Of a DNA stretch of 20,106 bases, positions 12,001 through 19,509 are shown piece by piece; position 1 is the first letter of the stretch; every line of letters begins with the position of its first letter. The notes under the pieces are model-generated. The model was not told where the DNA came from. It was given only the letters and a program-made list of their open reading frames with translations, and made no database searches. Where the stretch lies: positions 67,038 through 87,143 of the forward strand of contig JAQGDQ010000859.1 in assembly GCA_030141605.1 (NCBI GenBank). The letters are read 5' to 3'. Position numbers and translations under genes: made by a program. The stretch comes from Tubiluchus corallicola. Taxonomy: Eukaryota; Animalia; Priapulida.

Positions 12001-15000
12001 AAATCTGAGAACTGATTATGTTAGTATTATTATTCTAAACAATGCAACAGCAGTCAGTCGGTTGGTCGGTAAGTAAGTAAGTAAGTAAGTAAGCAAGGCA
12101 AGGCAAGGTAAGCAAGGTAAGTAAGTAAGCAAGGCAAGGCAAGGCAAGGTAAGTAAGTAAGTAAGTAAGTAAGGCAAGTAAGGTAAGGCAAGGTAAGTAA
12201 GTAAGTAATTTATAATTCTTAAAATGTTGTACTAATATGGTCTGATGATTAACACAAGTCATACTGTCCAGTAGATATCTATCAATAGGATTGTAATTGT
12301 TCTACAAATCAGAAGTTTCTAAACAAAGCAGTTTAATTTTTTAAAGCTGTTTGTTGTTTTATTAAAATGTATCACATATTTGGGCAATTGTGTGCTACAA
12401 GGAGGAAATCTCAGACCTGCTCTGTCATGTTGAACTAGTAGCTCAGTTGACAGAGTATAGAAGTACTAATACCAGGTCTCGTGTTCAAATTCTGACTAGT
12501 CCACAATTTTTCACTGTCTGCTTTCTTTCTCCAACTCATTACCCACAATGGGTAATAATTGTTAAAAACAAACTGCAATAGTTAATAAACACTCTGGCAG
12601 TCACTGTCATAATCTAACTAATTAATGATATTATTTTGGGAAGTTATTCCAGTTATTATTTGATTGTTATATTTTTTATATGTATTCAGTGTGAAACGAC
12701 CAAAAGTGATGTGCATCATATGCATAGAACTTTGCTGCATAGCCAATGGAACAAAAAACAGTGGCCCTTACAAAAGTTTCAGACGGCTTAGCCATTTATA
12801 GCGAATGCTTAGATAAGAAAATAATCTGGATAAGAAATTCGCATATAACATATAAATATATATAAATTATACACGCCCCAAAGTGTTGGAATAAGCTACC
12901 TATTGAAATTAGAGCTTGCACTAATTTAAATTCTTTTAAAAGTAAACAAAAGAAACTCATCTTTTTAAGTATTATTTTAATGTGTAAGGGGTTAATATTT
13001 TGTAAATTTTTATGATTTATAGATAAGTCTAATTATATTATAGTATTTTATCTAAATATATTTAATTGTACAATGCCTGTGAAAAGATTTTTACCGAAAG
13101 GGCGCTCTATGAATAAATACGTAATCAATAATGGATTATATTATTATATATTACACAAGTTATAGGGGTGTGATCTCCATTAATTGAAAAACGCCGCTAA
13201 TTGCTTGTAGCTGTATGCCTATTTACGCAGACTGGCCTATATGGATCACGGGAAAATTAATAAAGCAAAACCTACTCTTATGTAAAGCAGAGATATTAGA
13301 AAAGAGAGCCAGGTTCGTAATTGTATCTTGAGCTGCTTTAACAGAATTGAAAATAAGCTAAATTTGTTGCTTTCGAATCAAATATGTCAATACATCCGTA
13401 GCATAAGAATAGTGCAAATTCTAATCATCTCATATACAAAACATTCTTTATCTTGTAAACACGTTTTGCTATTCATGCCTTCTGCCTAGCGAGATATGTA
13501 AGACCATGTGACGCATTTGTAATAATTACAATTCCAATTACGATATTTTTAAAATTTTAAGAAATGTGAAATAAAAAAGGTAATAGTCAAATGTTGGTAC
13601 TGTAAACATCCACCACGGGGAAGAAATCTTCGAAATAAGGCAATCACACAAGCCCTTTAAATGCAACCGAGCCCCAATGTAAATTAGCAGTAACACCATC
13701 ACACATTCATCATTATAATGTCATCATTTTAATAAAGAAATATCTCACCCTGATGATATGAAAGATAGAAAGACTATTATTTTTTAATAGTATGTACATT
13801 TAAATTAACTTGATTGCCAAACAGTGGTGTTAGCTTAATCAAGTTATTTTAAATTTACATACTATTAAAAAATAATAGTCTTTCTATCTTTCATATCATC
13901 CCATATATGAGCTTCATTCATTACGTCATTCCATTTTAAGCACTAATGTTTTTTTAATCACGATTCACTTTAAATTTTCAGATTATCTCCATATTTTTTT
14001 TCTATCACTGTGTGGGACAATGTAACAAGCCCTGCTTTTTGATTGCCCACAACACATTTACCTTCGTGCATAAGAGAACAGTGTTTGAGGTTTTTCTGCA
14101 CAATATTTCTTATTTGTATTATATCATAGGCCCTTTCACTATATATTGTATATGTAATTGTAAATGTGTATGGTGAAATAAATGACTTATGACCCTTACT
14201 AGACAGTGAATACTGTGTAGTGAATGTATGAGAAAAGAGAAAGTTTTCCAGCAGGCAATAACAGTTTGCGTGAAATACGCAGAAGAAGGTAAACAGACCA
14301 AATTGAGAGGATAACACATCAATATGGTAAACACGGTTTCTGTGAGTTTTCTGCCAAAGTAGACGAAAACGAGAATGTAATCAGTACATGATTTCAACAC
14401 TGAATAAAGGAATATATTGAACACAAGAAAGAGTCGAACTTGCTGTACAGAATGCAAAAGGACTGTATGGAAAATTTTTGCTGTTTAATCTCAAAAAACA
14501 CTAAAATGTGCATTTTATATTGACCTAATGATGTGCCTCTTTGCTTGATATCTAGATAAGATTACATTTTTTAAGTAATTCATTTAAAAAAATCCAATTA
14601 TATAATTTGTAGAATCACTGAAAAAACATAGAGTTAATTTTAATGATTATCATATGACAGCATGCATTTATTATTATGGCAAAGACCAGAAGTAAAGTTT
14701 GTTAAGTGCTAGTGCCACTGTAGGGCCTGTGTCACACACAAAAAGGCGCAAGGAGCAAGCCATAATCTGTAAGCGATAAGGTGCCTTCCACCTTCCATAA
14801 AACGTATATCAAAATCCGCGGTATGCTCCTTACTCTGTGTAAATAGTAAGGATTTTACCATAATCCATTTCGGCAATGTATGTTTCTAATTGCAGTATTA
14901 GTAAAATGTCGTGCTTAAAAAATTGCTTTTTGATGTTTATGAAACCATTCTGTTATGATTTCTTACAACATACACGAATTGTGTACTGTACAAACTACAA

Positions 15001-18000
15001 ATATACTATCTACCACGTTAGCGATGACCAAAAATGCCTTATGGTAAATGAAATGAATGGCTAAATTAATTTCCCAATAAGGTGCCTTATGAACCACTCA
15101 AAACGGCTTGTGAGGAGACTACAGCGGATTATGGCGGACGACTTACGATGAGCGAAAACCGCAGTAGGCAGAAGATGACAAAGGGACCATTGGTTAACAT
15201 ATGTTTATTTTTCATGAAGCATCTTTTTCTCCTCTTGACTTACACCTTATAGATTATGTCCAGCTCTTTGTGACACGGGCTTAAGCATGACCAAATAAAC
15301 ATTTCAGCATTCACACTGTGCTGATGACGGGTGCAGTTGCAGTATGAACACTGCACAAGAGAAGCACTTGGCCACTAAGTACTATTTCCAGACTGCTCTG
15401 AACATAGTTTCAACACCAGAATGAACGTGAAACAAAGTCTAGTGAACATTAGGTTGTAGATTTCTTAGTCCAAACTAGATTTGTCACTAAAGATCAAAGG
15501 TAGCATGTTGATTTATGAAATCTGACCAGCAAAAGAAAAAAAATCATATATTTAAAACATGTAAGACATTGAGTATGCACATGGTGGTACATGTCCTTTT
15601 GTTAAGGGGTACAGAGCAAGTTGTAACATCACAGAATAAGCTATTACATGAATGACTTGGAAATTACCAGACCTTAACCCTTCCAAACAAATTGAAGCTA
15701 TTCTGAAGGACACAATAAGTAGTAAAAAACCATGTCATGGGCCGGTATGCAATAGATGAGCTTGTGAGCCACCTGGAAGACGTGTTGGAGGATCTTCTGC
15801 CCCAATCATACACCCAAGGCAGCAGGCTGTGGTAGATGCGCATGGCATCCATGTTTTGAATTTTGAGGGCATGATCGTTTCTCTGTAGTTTCAGCAACAC
15901 TTTGATGCAATAAACTGTTATGTACTATTGCGACCCTAGCAAGAAGTTATGTACTACCCCGCGTTGAGTTAAATCAATCATGCAGAAGTCCACCTTTAAT
16001 AATCATTAAACAGCTAAGACAACATTAATTTTTCAAAAAGTAAACTACATTTGCAAGAACGGCAGAGGGAAGGTTTTTTACTCACCTCTGGATATGAAAA
16101 ATGATAAGTTATTGATCCAACTTCCGACAGAAAGCAGAATCTTGCTACAAAATGCCATCTCTGAAAAATACACAAGCAACATTTATTTTAAACTAGAACA
16201 TAACATTTTATAACAATCTACAAAAATCCGCCTGTGTAAAAAAGCTCGCCTGCACCTAGCCCCACCTGTGAAGCTGTAAAGTTCTGATGTTTCACATTCA
16301 AATTGAGGCCAGGTAAAGTGGATCCCAAAATGAAAGCTTCACTAAATTTATTTTGACTTAGACCCCTGATCTTTCGTCTCCATGTTCACATCAGGAACAT
16401 ATATTTAGAAAGGATTTACCGGAAAAAGTTTTTCCAAGCTTGACATTCATCCCTATTTATGACTGATTTAAAAAAAATCAATGATTGGTAACCGATTGTT
16501 TTTGATTTTTGAAAAATCAATGCTTGATCAACTACAATAGTAACTACAGGTATAATTCTATGCAAACATATGTTCTGTCATTAGATCAAATCATTTTGTT
16601 TCCAATTCAGTGACAGATTAGGACAACGTTACAAACAAGTCACAGAATTAACAAGGATAGCAAAGTTTTCTATGCATACATCTACACACTCCAAACATTT
16701 TTTTCACTATGATACCAAATACAGAGATAGATTTTAAATAAATAATTAAAAATGAGTAAATGACTTATTTTATTTTTTTATTTTATTACGACAACTTCAA
16801 ACAATAACATATAGCAAAACATGATGCGATGACATGATATGATGGGATTTTACAATTACGGTCACATTTTAATAAAATGGACATGACAAATTGTTGCTTG
16901 CACTACGGTCAGAAGCATTGTTGTTTGCACTACGGTCAGAAGCATTGTTGCTTGCACTACGGTCAGAAGCATTGTTGCTTGCACTATGGTCAGAAGTATT
17001 GTTGTTTGCACTACGGTCAGAAGCAATGTTGCTTGCACTATGGTCAGAAGTATTGTTGCTTGCTGTATAGTCGGAAGCATAAAACGTTGCTGGCCTACTT
17101 ATTGTTGATGTTTGCAACGAAACCAGAACCCAACTCAACATCAGTTAAAAGAAGAGCTGTGCTAGCCATGTTTGGATGCGAATATATCCACCCTCAGTGC
17201 AGTAAACAGACTGAATCAGCACGGCACATAAGACCGCTCACAGTAAAGGTATAAATTCAGGCAATTAATCCATGATTGATAGTTGGTAGCAAGTTCTGTT
17301 TTTGTTAAAACAAAATGAAATTAATGTACGTTTCCCAGTCAACCATTCTAAATGACCGGATTTTTTCATCGGGTGCTCAAACTGAACAGCTGACCTTGAG
17401 CGCCTGTGCCCGGTCATTCACGGATGCTGTAAAACAGTAGGTTGTTCGAAAATGCCCAATGAATATTGAATGGACTCTGTCAAATCATTTTAACAAGCTG
17501 GTCATTTAACTACAGGTTGTTGCTATGGCGAACAAAAATTAGCAAAGGCATATATTTTGTCCCTTTTGCAAACAAGTTATTTCTATGCCAAATTGAAAAG
17601 TTTAATTAACCACCGAGTTTTGTTAGAATGGCAAACGGCATCATGGACTCCAATTTCTTGACCTTTTATATTCACTTTTCACTGATTAATATTGTTTGTA
17701 AACATGATCATTAAAAGATAATGGTAATAACAGAGTTTAGAAATAACCCAAGAAAATATCATTGGAACTTAAGAACACAAACATTATGAGTAAGAATATG
17801 GGCACAACAGGCATCTAAAATTTCACAATGATTATCATTAATTATATAAATATTTAAAGCCTATATCTATATCCAAGGTTTAAGGCTAGAGGTAGATCCA
17901 AGTATCACCTGTAATGCCTGTTCACTACTGGCATTTAGTGTGTGTATGGTACAAGGAATTTTTTCTCTCACGTTCCAAATTTCTCTTGAATTCATTGATT

Positions 18001-18936
18001 GACTTAGATGTTGCAGTTTTAAACTATTCCAGTTGTTGAATACTCAATTGCTGACTGCATACTTTCTTACATAAGTCGTGATAATGAATGATGCATAAGC
18101 ACAAAACTTAAACTAATGACTTTTACTAACCACATGCAACGGGCTACCCCATCATACATTGCTCTAGGGTTTCTGAAACTAAAGGACATGTAAATCATAT
18201 CAAGGATATAAAGGCTGTATGAACGTATGAAAGAATATAAAGGATATGTATCCTATTAAGAGGACACCCATTTAAACTGCTCAAAACAAGACTACATGGA
18301 AAATGGAACAAAAGGAAAGATGTATTCTTTCATATAGCTAACGCCTGAAATAACCTGCCTCCTCATGTAGTCGAGTTCACTTTAATTTTTAGTTTTTTAC
18401 TGTAAACTCGGAATAGTAGAGGGATCAATAGCAAATCCCCATCAGCTATTATGGATTATGGACATCTATAAATCAGAAATGGCCAAATTCATGTATAATT
18501 ATCACTTGAAAGTATTAGTAATATTTCATTACCCTATTTATAATTATAGCAACTATTTACTGACAACATATATAGACATTATTGAATTAATGTAATTATA
18601 ACTTTGATTAATTACCACTAGGACAATGCTAATGTTGCTAACATCTAATTTGAGGTGACTGACTGGGTGACGATATGGTCTTTCATCACCTCTTCTGGTA
18701 TTTATCTGTATAAACTATAATCTTTTAATTTTATTAAGTTTATGAAGTTAAATAAATTTATTATCAGTATTGCTATCACTATTGCACTAATGCAAATCAA
18801 GTATCACCCGTGAAATTACCTCTGATGTTACCAGCCGTCCTTCCACAATTTTTGACAATGACAATGTTGGACAAATCGCACAAAACACTATTGTTCTAAT
18901 ATAAATTATGTTAGAAAAAATTCTACATTTTCCCAT
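173..18936 (-). CDS. TMEM145: Transmembrane protein 145 (GPR180/TMEM145 family 7TM protein), 13 coding exons: join(18936-18820,16160-16086,10603-10529,10084-9985,6945-6848,6693-6609,6092-6021,5246-5097,3912-3740,3072-2900,2173-2053,1274-1215,346-173); 3' end possibly outside the window
   Basis: Manual splicing gives a continuous 1473-nt frame with canonical GT-AG introns. Its motifs match TMEM145 as I recall it: RFCFLS, LLYYDEANQWP, RSFRSARERWWFIAVSNC, HFSADEF, ILETD, RQLFHTTY, KGYTITRGR, FDPARVLYIYESPAGY, WVREKVVNGI, FPYHVRTSQI. Confidence 0.95.
399..477 (+). mobile_element. 5S rRNA-derived SINE-like head (copy 1), with tRNA A-box-like 5' end
   Basis: GAATTAAGCAAAGTTGGGTTTGGCCCGTAATTGGACATGTGACC aligns to the 5S internal control region GAAGCTAAGCAGGGTCGGGCCTGGTTAGTACTTGGATGGGAGACC. 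Confidence 0.55.
900..1153 (-). mobile_element. tRNA-derived SINE-like element
   Basis: Perfect B-box GGTTCGAATCC in a GGG..CCC T-stem (1086-1098) followed by a GC-richer body; boundaries approximate. Confidence 0.5.
1215..1274 (-). CDS. TMEM145: TMEM145 exon 12 (ILTSPVSVNKVFPYHVRTSQ)
   Basis: Acceptor tgtttcAG, donor GTATGA; 60 nt, phase 0/0; FPYHVRTSQ motif. Confidence 0.94.
1500..1780 (-). mobile_element. Possible highly decayed RTE-like LINE C-terminal fragment
   Basis: Across frameshifts: CGS/CWTV...VFQ..SRIQDERQN/EEL...SIID*L..R/LRWYIHL../PDKR, collinear with the RTE pattern YGSECW...DRxxNEE...RLRWxGH...PxxR. Confidence 0.35.
2053..2173 (-). CDS. TMEM145: TMEM145 exon 11 (FVAVPMMIIIANYKIDNWVREKVVNGIERSVAFAGHSFFL)
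   Basis: Acceptor ccaacAG, donor GTAAAA; 121 nt, phase 2/0; inside ORF 2020..2286. Confidence 0.94.
2225..2290 (-). mobile_element. Degenerate tRNA-derived SINE-like head
   Basis: GTGGGTTCAAATCCTG B-box context; A-box eroded. Confidence 0.4.
2900..3072 (-). CDS. TMEM145: TMEM145 exon 10 (LFDPARVLYIYESPAGYALIILRIIGWLWFCYAIFFTVKHYPEKWPFFMLFFCVYTAW)
   Basis: Acceptor attttcAG, donor GTAAGT; 173 nt, phase 0/2; absent from the ORF track. Confidence 0.95.
3630..3685 (+). repeat. Short (ATTAG)n microsatellite, possibly the tail of a retroposon at ~3290-3630
   Basis: Repeat directly visible after a GC-richer intronic block; the tail interpretation is inference. Confidence 0.6.
3740..3912 (-). CDS. 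TMEM145: TMEM145 exon 9 (GRIMDSASTLTFQLILILMAKGYTITRGRLRQASSIKLAIFMTLYAVCYIVIFISEAV)
   Basis: Acceptor tgctttAG, donor GTAGGT; 173 nt, phase 1/0; inside ORF 3704..3955. Confidence 0.95.
3956..4744. repeat. 16-bp minisatellite (GTGGAATAYCAGTGNG), roughly 49 units
   Basis: Tandem units are directly visible; ends degenerate, centre homogeneous; produces the spurious ORFs at 4222-4773. Confidence 0.95.
5097..5246 (-). CDS. TMEM145: TMEM145 exon 8 (VLLKQRQLFHTTYRLFIVALACEVVALFFAVIANAIYMQDGIGSKGSELF)
   Basis: Acceptor tttttccAG, donor GTAAGC; 150 nt, phase 1/1; inside ORF 4990..5247. Confidence 0.95.
5532..5608 (+). mobile_element. 5S-derived SINE-like head (copy 2, more decayed)
   Basis: CAACCGAGTGGTGATGGTA matches copy 1 CAGCTGAGTGGTGACGGTA; then AAGTTATGC...TTAGCCATTAGATGG resembles the 5S A and C boxes. 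Confidence 0.45.
6021..6092 (-). CDS. TMEM145: TMEM145 exon 7 (KILETDIAFLTLFVILVSISIIFG), first TM helix
   Basis: Acceptor actttcAG, donor GTACGT; 72 nt, phase 1/1. Confidence 0.93.
6178..6480 (+). repeat. Local direct duplication (6178-6245 and 6397-6480)
   Basis: TTCAAAGAGAAWTGTTTTAACTAA..TAAAATAAAATATTAATACATGTATA...AATTGATATGTAAT occurs twice; the second copy has an insertion. Confidence 0.85.
6609..6693 (-). CDS. TMEM145: TMEM145 exon 6 (GLYLDYKILMTNGHRSNRWTYHFSADEF)
   Basis: Acceptor ttattctAG, donor GTAAGT; 85 nt, phase 0/1; MTNG..HFSADE family motif. Confidence 0.94.
6848..6945 (-). CDS. TMEM145: TMEM145 exon 5 (DGKLWIKCSGGRSFRSARERWWFIAVSNCNSTK)
   Basis: Acceptor actttcAG, donor GTGAGT; 98 nt, phase 1/0; lies inside ORF 6812..7027. 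Confidence 0.94.
8737..9027. repeat. Compound (AAGT/AAGC)n microsatellite with recurring AATGCGTAAC interruptions
   Basis: Directly visible. Confidence 0.95.
9410..9965. mobile_element. 556-bp piggyBac-like non-autonomous element (MITE)
   Basis: TTAA at 9406-9409 and 9966-9969 (TSD); TIRs CCCTTTCACTACG / CGTGGTGAAAGAG (11/13); no ORF. Confidence 0.75.
9985..10084 (-). CDS. TMEM145: TMEM145 exon 4 (TCEMKESLLKQENGQFINLTSSYSYAGCSELAE)
   Basis: Acceptor gtttacAG, donor GTAAAC; 100 nt, phase 0/1; NLT sequon. Confidence 0.92.
10529..10603 (-). CDS. TMEM145: TMEM145 exon 3 (EYKIQKILLYYDEANQWPSAYKPDK)
   Basis: Acceptor ctgttatAG, donor GTAAGA; 75 nt, phase 0/0. Confidence 0.92.
10635..11388. repeat. 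Compound pentanucleotide microsatellite (AAAAT)n then (AAAGT)n, ~750 bp
   Basis: Directly visible; motif switch near 10920; GGGAAATG interruptions at about 10998, 11042 and 11067. Confidence 0.98.
11390..11515 (-). mobile_element. Degenerate tRNA-derived SINE-like element running into the (TTTAC)n tract
   Basis: B-box AGGTTCAAACCC near 11466-11481, then AGATTTTTTC body, then directly the microsatellite. Confidence 0.4.
12052..12207. repeat. Compound (AAGT)/(AAGGC) microsatellite
   Basis: Directly visible. Confidence 0.93.
12432..12560 (+). mobile_element. tRNA-derived SINE-like element / tRNA pseudogene (head 12432-12503)
   Basis: A-box TAGCTCAGTTGA, B-box-like TGTTCAAATTC, acceptor-stem pairing GAACTAG/CTAGTCC-A; anticodon and T stems are disrupted. 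Confidence 0.65.
13752..13900. repeat. Near-perfect inverted repeat: 64-bp arms (13752-13815, 13837-13900), 21-nt spacer
   Basis: Direct comparison of the arms shows 62/64 complementary positions. Confidence 0.95.
14724..15281. mobile_element. ~560-bp non-autonomous DNA transposon (PIF/Harbinger-like MITE)
   Basis: Imperfect TIRs GGCCTGTGTCACA / TGTGACACGGGCT flanked by TAG / TAA; further inverted subterminal matches CATAATCTGTAAG vs CTTATAGATTATG and AATCCGCGGTATGCTCCTTAC vs GTGAGGAGACTACAGCGGATT. Confidence 0.6.
15560..15870 (+). mobile_element. Decayed Tc1/mariner transposase C-terminal remnant
   Basis: PDLNPSKQIEAILKD from 15667 resembles SPDLNPIENLW..LK; RQQAVVDAHG from 15817 resembles the RLQAVIxAxGG terminus; stops and frameshifts present. 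Confidence 0.6.
16086..16160 (-). CDS. TMEM145: TMEM145 exon 2 (RWHFVARFCFLSEVGSITYHFSYPE)
   Basis: Acceptor tttttcAG, donor GTGAGT; 75 nt, phase 0/0; RFCFLS motif. Confidence 0.93.
16891..17079. repeat. 27-bp minisatellite (TTGTTGCTTGCACTACGGTCAGAAGCA) x7
   Basis: Seven consecutive units, the last diverged. Confidence 0.95.
17336..17522. mobile_element. Possible small pogo/Tigger-like MITE
   Basis: Imperfect inverted ends CAGTCAACCATTCTAAATGACCGG / CTGGTCATTTAACTACAGGTTG; extra internal CCGGTCATT; no clear TA TSD. Confidence 0.3.
17858..18080 (-). mobile_element. Degenerate CR1-type LINE 3' end with possible UTR/tail
   Basis: Minus strand reads VRKYAVSN*VFNNWNSL then, after a frameshift, TSKSINEFKRNLE; followed by short GATATA-like tail repeats. 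Confidence 0.65.
18256..18399 (+). mobile_element. Degenerate CR1-type LINE ORF2 3' remnant
   Basis: One frame reads LRGHPFKLLKTR...RKDVFFHIANA*NNLPPHVV, matching the CR1 terminal pattern TRGHxxKL...FF..RV...WNxLP..VV with one in-frame stop. Confidence 0.7.
18443..18516 (+). mobile_element. Short degenerate LINE ORF2 fragment similar to the 19.5-20 kb element
   Basis: Translates QLLWIMDIYKSEMAKFMYNYHLKVL versus GLLKLNDIYKLELAKFVYKFKNNLL in the large LINE. Confidence 0.6.
18820..18936 (-). CDS. TMEM145: TMEM145 coding exon 1 (MGKCRIFSNIIYIRTIVFCAICPTLSLSKIVEGRLVTSE), putative signal peptide
   Basis: ATG at 18936; 39 codons; hydrophobic N-terminus; donor GAG|GTAATT; KIVEGRL resembles the TMEM145 mature N-terminus. 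Confidence 0.85.
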
Positions 18937-18944
18937 AGTTGGTA

Positions 18945-18958
18945 ATCGCCATGGAAAC
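18945..18958 (-). promoter_or_regulatory. RFX X-box-like motif GTTTCCATGGCGAT just upstream of the TMEM145 ATG
   Basis: 12/14 match to GTTTCCATGGCAAC-type X-box with 8 nt between the motif and the start codon; a CRE-like TGACGTA lies at 18968-18974. Confidence 0.55.
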
Positions 18959-19509
18959 GTCTACAGCTACGTCATCATTTTCAACAAAGTTGGCGCTTAA
19001 TTTGCAACAAACTTAAGCCATGTATTCAGCAGGTTATAGATGCAAATTCGAGCTAGATATCGTGCAATACGAATGAAGGTATCCCTTATTTCTATGCAGC
19101 GTTGCGTGATAGAGTTATAATAATTAAAAGTGCTATTAATTTGATGGGTTTCTTCTTTACTGTTCATGAAATCAAGAGTGTCTATATAGAACTGTCTACA
19201 CAAATTGCATCGCGAAATTGTTTTGCTTTACTTTATACTTACTCATTTAGATTTAAAAGAGTGGCTGACTATTGACTACCTTATCCAGCCTTATGCAATG
19301 GTATGTGACCCCTGGTATTTTCATTCGGTATTTTTGCGCCTTTACAAGCGAAAAATGCACTAAATTTGTTGTTTTCTTATCTCTTACTGGTTCCTTTCCT
19401 ATATAATTTAAAAGCTAAATAAATAAATCTAGTCAAACTAAAAAATTGAAATTATAGTAAAAATTCTAAAAATAACGTGCTAGCTGATCTTCAAATGTTT
19501 ATTATATTC

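Noticed and set aside
12432-12503. Functional tRNA gene
   Set aside because: Anticodon and T stems do not pair and the B-box is mutated; better read as a SINE head or pseudogene.
12759-12895. Tc1-like TIR starts (CAGTGGCCCTTACAAAAGTTT; TACACGCCCCAAAGTGTTGGAATA)
   Set aside because: No matching partner TIR found in the window.
14160-14480. Possible mariner or piggyBac C-terminal remnant (RVELAVQNAKG or CCTECKR in different frames)
   Set aside because: Similarity too weak and contradictory to call without a BLASTX search.
16466-16521. Small AT-rich inverted repeat (TGATTTAAAAAAAATCAA / TTGATTTTTGAAAAATCA)
   Set aside because: Short, low-complexity and imperfect; could arise by chance in AT-rich DNA.
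16891-17079. 27-bp repeats as a CRISPR array
   Set aside because: No spacers; a pure tandem minisatellite.
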